Shown here: in pieces, positions 54,961 to 62,326 of the stretch
Layout of the letters: each line of letters starts with the position of its first letter
Numbering within the stretch: the stretch's first letter is position 1
Source: a virus
Lineage: Duplodnaviria; Heunggongvirae; Uroviricota; Caudoviricetes
DNA length: 62,326 nucleotides
Strand: one strand, 5' to 3'
Virus record (IMG/VR): IMGVR_UViG_3300047470_000520
The notes under the pieces: model-generated
The model's database searches: none
What the model was told of the DNA's origin: nothing
Seen by the model: only the letters and a program-made list of their open reading frames with translations
Made by a program: the position numbers and the translations under genes

Positions 54961-56547
54961 ATGAGTATTCTTCAGTACGACAATTTCAATGACTGGGATG
55001 GGTTTAGAGAGCTCAACCTGGCCTGCATGCGCCTTAAGGATGACGACAGCAAGCTCAGGGCTCTGGTGGCGGAGGTGCCAGAAGATCTTCGTCAGGAGGC
55101 TTCGCTCTACCTGCTGGACTACTCGATGACCCAGCAATCAGCCATCCTGCTCAAGCTCGCGACCGAGCTGGGCGTTTTTGATATTCCAGGGGTGAAGAAC
55201 AACCTGGAAATCGCGATGACCCTGCGCGACCGCATGTTCACCACCACTGAAGAGCCCAGTGCCGGGCACCTTGAGATTCTTCGTCAGTCAGCTGAACTCT
55301 TTGGTGAGGGGTTTGCCATCGATTCCATCTCAGCGGTCTATAACGACGAGTTTGCCAGGCAGCGGGCGGGCGCGAGATCGTTTGCTAACGGAAAGGAGAA
55401 GCTGGACGCCTATTCGGCGAATTTGAAGCTGTTCGTCAGTTTCACTGCTCCAAAAATTCTGGCAAATCCCGATATCGGTAACATCGGTATTCGACATATC
55501 CGCTCACAGATTATGAATTTTAGGGAAGGCGACCCTATTGGCAACCACCTCAAGCAGTTGGGTGAAACGCTGCACTTTGATGATTTCGTGGCGATAGCCA
55601 ATGTCATGACAGAGCAGCCGTTCAATTTTGGACAACACATGCTGCGTCAGATCGATGCCGGTGTTTGCCAGGGCCTGCCAAGGCTGTCGCTCGATTACCT
55701 GCAAAACCTTCCGCTTGCCCTTAAGGTCAGGCCGATGAATACATTGATGAGCCTGGTCACCATGAAAGAATCGGAGTTCAGCCGATTTGTGTCAGGTGAC
55801 GGCCTTTTTCATTACCTGACGTCCAGCTGGATCACGAAAAACAACGCAGAGATTCTGAAGGATCAGAATTTCCTGGATCTTCATGATTTGTTCAACCAGC
55901 GGCTGCTCGCCAGCGCCTATCTGCCAGGTGCCTTAGTGCGTCACGAAGGTCTTGAGCGGCCTAGAACTGTGTCGGTGACGCTGGCGATGATGCTCCCACA
56001 GCTCAAGGAAAAGGGTGTGCGGATCGACCTCAGCAATGAATACGGGATGTTGACGTTTGCACAAAGCCTGGCCCTGATGAAAGGTGATCCAAAGCATGCC
56101 GAGGTGGTTCGATACAGTCATGAGGCCATTGCCGACACATTGGTACGTGATGCCGTCTCGCTCTATGCGCGGATGCTCAATGCTGACCATTTGAAAAAGC
56201 ACATGAAGCCGCTTGAGCTGACGGACAAGGATGAGCGCTTCAAGCTGGTCGCTGTGCGCCTTTGTGCCGAGCTTCACCAGCCACGTGCTGCCCATACAAG
56301 GGCGGAGTTGGACAGGCTTAAGCCTATCAGTCAGCTTTATGGAGAGACCATCAAAGGCCTGAACCACAAGGACGCTTTGCTGGCGTTGGTTGAAACCTAC
56401 GATGAAGCCACCATCTTGGGCGCCCTGAAGGGTTACAAGCCCGGCATCAAGCCGCTGATCGAGCTGGGCGTTCTGGATAGAAAGCATATGGCCCTGCTGC
56501 CGGCGAAGGATCGCGGTGACATGCTTGAGAGCGCCATGGGTCTTTAA
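54961..56547 (+). CDS. Family C hypothetical protein (RGDMLESAMGL)
   Basis: Start MSILQYDNF (54961) matches paralog MSIFKYDNF. Confidence 0.9.
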   Translation: MSILQYDNFNDWDGFRELNLACMRLKDDDSKLRALVAEVPEDLRQEASLYLLDYSMTQQSAILLKLATELGVFDIPGVKNNLEIAMTLRDRMFTTTEEPSAGHLEILRQSAELFGEGFAIDSISAVYNDEFARQRAGARSFANGKEKLDAYSANLKLFVSFTAPKILANPDIGNIGIRHIRSQIMNFREGDPIGNHLKQLGETLHFDDFVAIANVMTEQPFNFGQHMLRQIDAGVCQGLPRLSLDYLQNLPLALKVRPMNTLMSLVTMKESEFSRFVSGDGLFHYLTSSWITKNNAEILKDQNFLDLHDLFNQRLLASAYLPGALVRHEGLERPRTVSVTLAMMLPQLKEKGVRIDLSNEYGMLTFAQSLALMKGDPKHAEVVRYSHEAIADTLVRDAVSLYARMLNADHLKKHMKPLELTDKDERFKLVAVRLCAELHQPRAAHTRAELDRLKPISQLYGETIKGLNHKDALLALVETYDEATILGALKGYKPGIKPLIELGVLDRKHMALLPAKDRGDMLESAMGL

Positions 56548-56624
56548 TCGCGCCGCGTGCCCGAGATGCTTTTCCCGCTCTTCGCTCATCCCGTACAGTA
56601 GAGGTATGACTGAAGGGGTGGGCG

Positions 56625-58250
56625 ATGAGTATTTTCAAGTACGATAATTTCAAGCAGTGGGAACGGTTCTCTGAGATGCCAAAAGGCATCAACCGTTACT
56701 GTGGCGCGACGAAAGATGACACCTTCATCCGAGCGACCATGGCCGAGCTGCCTGAACACCTGGCCGATGAGGCTGGTGTCTATCTGCTTGCGTTTGCCAT
56801 TGGCCGCCTGTCCAAGCCATTACTCGCCTTTGTCACTGAACTGGGTGTTATGGATCGCCCTTCGGTGAAGAACAGCCTGGACGTGGCGCTTTTGATCCGT
56901 GACACGATGTTCTCAAAGCAATCAAAATCTGAGTTTGCTGATAGCCCGTACCTCGAGATCCTAAAACAGACGGCTGAAATCTATGGGGCGGCCTTTGCCG
57001 TCGATTCCATGGAGGCGGTCTACAATGATGAATTCGCCATGGAGCGTACTGGCGCCAGCTTTTTTGCCAATGGCGCGCAAAAACTCGAGTCCTACAGTGC
57101 GAACCTCAAGCTGTTCATGAGCTTTACGCCTCCCCAATTTTTGGCAAGCCCTGACATTGGCAACATCGGCATAAGAAACATCAGTCACCAGATTGTAAAC
57201 TTCGACAGGAAAGACCCTCTTGTGGAGCACCTTGAGATACTCGGCCAGCTGAGTTTCGATGATCTCTCGTCGATTACAAAAGTGATCAAAGACGATTCGC
57301 TCGGCAGGAGTGCCTTCATTGGGCGTCAGATCGACGCGGCAGTCTGCAAAGACCTGCCAGATATGAAATCAGGGTTTGTCTACAACCTGCCCTTTGCCCT
57401 TGAGGCCAGGCCGATGAACACCCTCATGACGTTGATCGCCATGAACGAGTTAGAGCTCAGCCGGTTTATCTCATCAGGCTCAATGGAGAGCTACCTGACC
57501 AGTAAGTGGATTCATGCGGGCAACGCGCACACTATGGAGGATCAAAACTTCCTCATTCTGCATGACCTGTTCAATCAGCGGCTATTAGCCAATCCATTTT
57601 TCGAGAGGGTGTTTCAGCGCACGGAGTCCTTGTACAAACCCAGTTTCGTCTCCGTCACGATGGCCTTCCTGTCTCAGGCGATCAAAGAGAAGGGGTTGGC
57701 GGTCGAAATGGTCAAAGCCCCCGGTGGCTCCAAGAACGTTTCATCCGGTGTACTCAAGAGCTTTGCAGAGGGTCTTGGATTGATAGCCAAGCATGCCAGG
57801 GAGCCGGAGGTTGTTCAGGCCGGGCATGCCATGGTGACGTCTCAGCTGCGCATTAACCTGATCAACCTCTATGTGTCCATGGCCAATGATGAGGACGTCG
57901 GTAAAAAGCTGAAGAAGCCGGACGCCGTAGATGTTGACTATCAGTTCAAGTTCATGGCGGTTCGCTTATGTGCTGAGTTGCACCAGCCCAACCAGAACTA
58001 CACCAGCTCAGCGCTGGCTAAGATCAAGCCAATTGGTAATTTTGTCAGCGACATGGCTGGCCTGAACCACAGAGAAGCCTTGCTTATGCTGGTCTCGACC
58101 TACGATGAGGAGACCATCCTTGATGCATTGAAGGACTACAAGCCAGGCATTAAGCCGATGATTGAGCTGGGCGTGTTGAGTCAGAAACACATAAAGCTGT
58201 TGCCGGCGAAAGAGCGCGGCGAGATGCTTGAAACGGCGATGGGGCTTTGA
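56625..58250 (+). CDS. Family C hypothetical protein (RGEMLETAMGL)
   Basis: 541 aa, collinear with 54961..56547 throughout. Confidence 0.9.
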   Translation: MSIFKYDNFKQWERFSEMPKGINRYCGATKDDTFIRATMAELPEHLADEAGVYLLAFAIGRLSKPLLAFVTELGVMDRPSVKNSLDVALLIRDTMFSKQSKSEFADSPYLEILKQTAEIYGAAFAVDSMEAVYNDEFAMERTGASFFANGAQKLESYSANLKLFMSFTPPQFLASPDIGNIGIRNISHQIVNFDRKDPLVEHLEILGQLSFDDLSSITKVIKDDSLGRSAFIGRQIDAAVCKDLPDMKSGFVYNLPFALEARPMNTLMTLIAMNELELSRFISSGSMESYLTSKWIHAGNAHTMEDQNFLILHDLFNQRLLANPFFERVFQRTESLYKPSFVSVTMAFLSQAIKEKGLAVEMVKAPGGSKNVSSGVLKSFAEGLGLIAKHAREPEVVQAGHAMVTSQLRINLINLYVSMANDEDVGKKLKKPDAVDVDYQFKFMAVRLCAELHQPNQNYTSSALAKIKPIGNFVSDMAGLNHREALLMLVSTYDEETILDALKDYKPGIKPMIELGVLSQKHIKLLPAKERGEMLETAMGL

Positions 58251-59167
58251 TCATGACGCTTGATGAACTGGTTGCGAAGCTGAAATACAACGCTTCGGGA
58301 TTCGAATTTGCCAAGAATATAGAGCCGGTGATGTTTTCGGACATTGCGCCTGAGTATCGTAGTAGCAGGGTTATCCAGTTATGGTTGGAGACCCCCGGGT
58401 CTTCGATAGGCGATATCCCCAAAGACCTTTTGAACGACGACATTCGCCGGTTCGCGGTAAGCCAGTCGCTCCAGGGAAAAACAACCAATCAATTTCCCAT
58501 GGCCTTTATCAAAAAAGAAGACACCGATCACTACGAAGAGATTGCGCTGTTGGCGATCAAAAACTCGGGGTACAACATGGTTTTCGTTGACCAGTCCCTT
58601 CATGGCGAAGCTTTTTTCCTCAAGGCGCTCGAGGCCAACTCCAAGGCATTGGTTCAGTTTGTGGACGGCTACAAGGGCCAGGTCGGTAAAATAGACTGGA
58701 CGGAGGCGCTTATCGACTCGGCAGTGTCCAAAGATGTGACTTACCTGATGGTGATGGACAGCTCGTTGATAAAAATGGAATGCGTAGAAAAGATGATTCA
58801 GGGGTACACCACTCCGTTGAGTCAGCTGGTCAATATTGGCTTGCTTCCCGTCATGTCAACGATGATTGGTAACGGTCTATGGTGGTCTTCGAGTGTGCCA
58901 AAGCCTTCCTCCCTTGCGGATTGCCTGGATACCTTGGCAACCTCGCTATACGTGCCGGCCTTGCAAGATCAAAGCATCCTGCTCAAGGCCTATGCCGGTA
59001 GCTTCCCGGCAGAGACAGTAATGCCATTGCTGAACCAGCCTGGCCGCGAAGGTCTGATCTTTGAGTTGTACACCTATGATGAGCTAATGGCTCAGCTAAA
59101 AGGTGGGCTGCTCAATGAGCACCAGCAGATCAAAGGGCGGCTGCTTGAAGAGGAGATGGGGCTATGA
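58247..59167 (+). CDS. Family D helical hypothetical protein (KGRLLEEEMGL)
   Basis: 306 aa; IKKEDT..YEEIAL motif; ATGA overlap. Confidence 0.9.
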   Translation: MIMTLDELVAKLKYNASGFEFAKNIEPVMFSDIAPEYRSSRVIQLWLETPGSSIGDIPKDLLNDDIRRFAVSQSLQGKTTNQFPMAFIKKEDTDHYEEIALLAIKNSGYNMVFVDQSLHGEAFFLKALEANSKALVQFVDGYKGQVGKIDWTEALIDSAVSKDVTYLMVMDSSLIKMECVEKMIQGYTTPLSQLVNIGLLPVMSTMIGNGLWWSSSVPKPSSLADCLDTLATSLYVPALQDQSILLKAYAGSFPAETVMPLLNQPGREGLIFELYTYDELMAQLKGGLLNEHQQIKGRLLEEEMGL

Positions 59168-60054
59168 TGACTCGAGATCGCTTGCTCCAGCGGATAGCTT
59201 TGGGCAAATACCAAAATTTCTCTGAAATCGGTAAAAAGCATCTTGATTCAGAGGTGGCCTTGGCCTGGCTTAAAACAGGTTTAGGCAGTCTCCGAGAGAT
59301 CCCTTTGCACCTGGTCACTGATGAGTTGCGAATAGAAGCCATGACCGGCAAAAGCACCACCGGGGCTCATGGTGGACTGTCACCGCACTCCCTGAGCAGC
59401 ATCAAGCCCTCGCACACAGAGCGCTACGAAGAAATCGCGTTGCTTGGCATTAAGACCAGTGAGCGCAACATATTCGTTGTGGATCATGACGTTCTCAACA
59501 ACGATTTCATGAAAAAAGCCCTGCAGGTGAACGGCAATGCCTTGCTGCCACTGCTGGATGAAGACGCCAACCCAGAAGCAATGGGCATGGCGATCACACA
59601 GGAACTGATTGAACTGGCCGTTTCCCGCAGCGCCAGCTACTTCGGCCACCTCAAAAAGGATCAGTACAGCCAGCAAGCGGTGCGTGAGTGCATTCAGAAC
59701 GTCAAAATGGTTCCGAAGGATTTTCAAAGCCTGACGGATGCCGGCCACTTTGATGTCTTGGTCGAAGTGATAAAAACTGGCTGGTGGGGCGATCATCTTC
59801 CTGAAAAACCTTCCAACCTTTCGGATTGCGCCGTCAAGTTGCTGGTCAGCCCCGAAGATAAGTTCGTGTACCGCGCCTACGCCATGACTTACCCGATAAG
59901 GGATGTGATTGCCTTCTTTGCAGGGCCTACGCTCAGGCAGGAGCTGTTGCAGATGTATTCCAGGGCAGAGCTTGCGCCGCATCTGAAGGAAGGCCCCCTG
60001 AGCGAAGACAGGGCCTTTAAGGGGCGGTTACTGGAAAGCGAGCTCGGTCTATGA
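59164..60054 (+). CDS. Family D protein (KGRLLESELGL)
   Basis: 296 aa; ATGA overlap. Confidence 0.9.
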   Translation: MMTRDRLLQRIALGKYQNFSEIGKKHLDSEVALAWLKTGLGSLREIPLHLVTDELRIEAMTGKSTTGAHGGLSPHSLSSIKPSHTERYEEIALLGIKTSERNIFVVDHDVLNNDFMKKALQVNGNALLPLLDEDANPEAMGMAITQELIELAVSRSASYFGHLKKDQYSQQAVRECIQNVKMVPKDFQSLTDAGHFDVLVEVIKTGWWGDHLPEKPSNLSDCAVKLLVSPEDKFVYRAYAMTYPIRDVIAFFAGPTLRQELLQMYSRAELAPHLKEGPLSEDRAFKGRLLESELGL

Positions 60055-60938
60055 ACAATTTCGATGAAATGACACGCGATCAATTTCTAGTAGCGTTAAG
60101 AGCAGACGACGCCTGTAAATTCATTGAGATCCCAACGACCTACCTGGACAGTGAGGTCATTGCAACCTGGCTTGAGTTCCATGGGGAGCTCCATCAAGTT
60201 CCGAAGCAATACGTCGACGATGAGCATCGAAGGTTCGCAGTGGGCCGAAGTCATGACCACCAACTGGTCAGGGATTACCCGCTCGCGGTCATCAAAAAAG
60301 AAGACACTGAATGCTACGAGGAATTGGTGCTCATTGCCCTTGCCCAGTGTTATCTGAACATGACGCACGTCGACCGGCGCCTGTATAGCGAAGCATTCTT
60401 CCTGAAAGCGCTGGAAGTGAATCGCATGGCGTTGATCATGTTCCTGACCGGATCGCCAGACAAACCGAGAATCGACTGGACGCAGGCCATGATCGATTCA
60501 GCCGTCATCAAGGATTTTCGGTACTTGCCGTATTTCCCGAAAGAACAGATCAGGAAGGAATGCCTGGAGCGACTGATCACCGGTGGCGAACACTCTGCGG
60601 CAGATCTTGAAAAGTATGGGCTACTCGACCTCATGAGTGACCTGATGCGCGGCGGCTACTGGCCTTATGGGATGAACAAACCGTCCTCTCTGGTCGAAGC
60701 CATTGACCTTCTGCGTCAAAATCACCCTTCAGCGGAAAATCTGGAGGTTTATTACAGGGCCTTCATACGCTCACAGCCGATGGAGACCGTGCTGCCGTTG
60801 ATGACATCGCCTGATCTTCAATCTCTGATGCTCCAGGTGTACTCAACCGAAGAACTGACGCCGCACCTGCGCACTGGCCTGCTCAAAGTTGCATCCAAAG
60901 TAAGAGGGCATCTGCTTGAGGAAGGACTTGGGCTATGA
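60051..60938 (+). CDS. Family D protein (RGHLLEEGLGL)
   Basis: 295 aa; ATGA overlap. Confidence 0.9.
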   Translation: MNNFDEMTRDQFLVALRADDACKFIEIPTTYLDSEVIATWLEFHGELHQVPKQYVDDEHRRFAVGRSHDHQLVRDYPLAVIKKEDTECYEELVLIALAQCYLNMTHVDRRLYSEAFFLKALEVNRMALIMFLTGSPDKPRIDWTQAMIDSAVIKDFRYLPYFPKEQIRKECLERLITGGEHSAADLEKYGLLDLMSDLMRGGYWPYGMNKPSSLVEAIDLLRQNHPSAENLEVYYRAFIRSQPMETVLPLMTSPDLQSLMLQVYSTEELTPHLRTGLLKVASKVRGHLLEEGLGL

Positions 60939-61846
60939 CGTTTGAAGAAGTCACGAACGGCATTCGAATTGGGAAAATCACAAAATTCTCGGATATCCCC
61001 GAGCACCGTTTGAGCGCGAATGTAGCGCATCTATGGGTGGATCACGGTAGGGGTACGTTGGGGGAAATACCGCTTAAATTTATTGATGATGGTGTTCGGT
61101 TCGCGGCGATGTCGCCGATGGCGAATCATGTCCACATGAGAAACTTCATCACTGCGTCTTTCGCCGCAATTGATCCGCGCCACACAGCTCGCTATGAAGA
61201 GCTTGCATTGCGTGGTATCGGGCGGACACAGAGTGTGATGCAGGAGGTCAATGAAGCCTTCTTGACAAAATCCTTCTTGATGAAGGCCATTAGTGAAAAT
61301 TCCTCAGTGCTATTTCCGTTTCTTCATGAATCACCAAGGTCAAAAAAAGGTGAAATTGTCAACGGATTGATCGACCAGGAAGTTGTTGATTTTGCACTCT
61401 CGCGAGAAAGAGTGTACTTAAACTCTTTTGATAATCAACAATTTACAGATGATTCAATCAGGACTTGCATACGCAGCCACAATTCTCTCGATTATCAAGA
61501 TCTGGTCGGCCTCGGTCGCTACCACGTCTTGATTGATATGGTCAGGGAGGGCTTTTGGCCTACTGGAAGATCTCTAAGACCTGAGAGTCTGGAAATTGGA
61601 ATTCAGAATCTCACGCCGATAAAAAATAACCTTCTTCTGCCAGCACAAGACCACCTTCTTCATCGTGCGTACGTTCTCCAGCACACAATCCAAGAGGTGA
61701 TTGCGCAGATGAATACACCTGACCGGAAGAAAATGCTCTTGGATCTGTATTCAGCAGATGAGCTGACGCCTTATCTGAAAACAACACACCTTGGTCATGA
61801 CAGGGCTTTTAAAGGACATCTGCTTGAAGAGGGACTTGGGTTATGA
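60935..61846 (+). CDS. Family D protein (KGHLLEEGLGL)
   Basis: 303 aa; ATGA overlap. Confidence 0.9.
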   Translation: MTFEEVTNGIRIGKITKFSDIPEHRLSANVAHLWVDHGRGTLGEIPLKFIDDGVRFAAMSPMANHVHMRNFITASFAAIDPRHTARYEELALRGIGRTQSVMQEVNEAFLTKSFLMKAISENSSVLFPFLHESPRSKKGEIVNGLIDQEVVDFALSRERVYLNSFDNQQFTDDSIRTCIRSHNSLDYQDLVGLGRYHVLIDMVREGFWPTGRSLRPESLEIGIQNLTPIKNNLLLPAQDHLLHRAYVLQHTIQEVIAQMNTPDRKKMLLDLYSADELTPYLKTTHLGHDRAFKGHLLEEGLGL

Positions 61847-61911
61847 CGTTTGGTGGCGCTTTTAAAAAGCCTGTTTGTTTGAAGGCAAAACCAAGGGGGT
61901 TCAAGCGATGA
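61843..61911 (+). other. 22-codon bridging mini-ORF
   Basis: MTFGGAFKKPVCLKAKPRGFKR overlaps both flanking genes by ATGA. Confidence 0.4.
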
Positions 61912-62326
61912 CGCGGGATGAGCTAATCGCCGGGATCAAGCTTGGGTACGAAGGGGATACCTTTAAGGATTTACCCAAAGAATACCTGGACAAAGAAATC
62001 ATCAGCCTTTGGCTGAATGGAACCTACGGCGAGTTTGTCCAGATCCCGAAGCGCTTCGTGGATGATGATCTGCGCCGGCAGGCTGTGAGCATGAGCCACG
62101 ATTCCCTGGCTGTCAGGGATTACCCGCTCGGTGTGATCGAGCCAGAGGACACTCAAATATATGAGGAACTGGCTCTTCTAGCGCTTGAGCAATGCTACAT
62201 GAACATGAAGCACGTCGATTGCGCACTGTACAGCGAGGCGTTTTTCTTGAAGGCGCTTGAGCTCAATTCAATGGCCATGATTGTGTTCTTTACAGGATCA
62301 CCCGACAGGGCCGGAATTGAATGGAC
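61908..62326 (+). CDS. Family D protein, truncated by window edge; absent from ORF track
   Basis: Manual translation: MTRDELIAGIKLG...DYPLGVIEPEDTQIYEELALLALEQCYMNM...YSEAFFLKALE, nearly collinear with 60051..60938. Confidence 0.9.
   Translation, partial: MTRDELIAGIKLGYEGDTFKDLPKEYLDKEIISLWLNGTYGEFVQIPKRFVDDDLRRQAVSMSHDSLAVRDYPLGVIEPEDTQIYEELALLALEQCYMNMKHVDCALYSEAFFLKALELNSMAMIVFFTGSPDRAGIEW

Noticed and set aside
1-62326. Prophage or jumbo phage assignment
   Set aside because: No capsid, terminase, tail or phage polymerase genes are recognisable, and an iteron/Rep_3 origin is present. A phage-plasmid cannot be excluded from this window alone.

Overview
This 62.3 kb window looks like part of a large gammaproteobacterial plasmid; a Pseudomonas-like host is inferred, not shown. 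It contains an iteron origin with DnaA boxes and a Rep_3-type initiator (48.1-50.7 kb) and one IS607-family element (tnpA plus an atypical tnpB). It also carries a nucleic-acid repair/processing set: a kinase-phosphatase-ligase and a ligase-less paralog, a NADAR-like protein, an RlmN-like radical SAM enzyme, RNase II and a Panacea antitoxin. Many small membrane or exported hypothetical proteins occur as tandem paralogs. The dominant unexplained feature is 27 complete ORFs, plus 2 edge-truncated relatives, in four tandem arrays of different size and sequence (about 130, 350, 530 and 300 aa). All 27 end in the same terminal motif, approximately [KR]-x(2-3)-L-E-[DENGST]-[AEGS]-[LM]-G-[LM]-stop. 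The codons vary synonymously, so the motif is conserved as protein and is a candidate shared C-terminal targeting, secretion or docking signal. No phage structural genes, CRISPR array, tRNA or rRNA were found. All family calls come from reading motifs by eye; no database searches were run.
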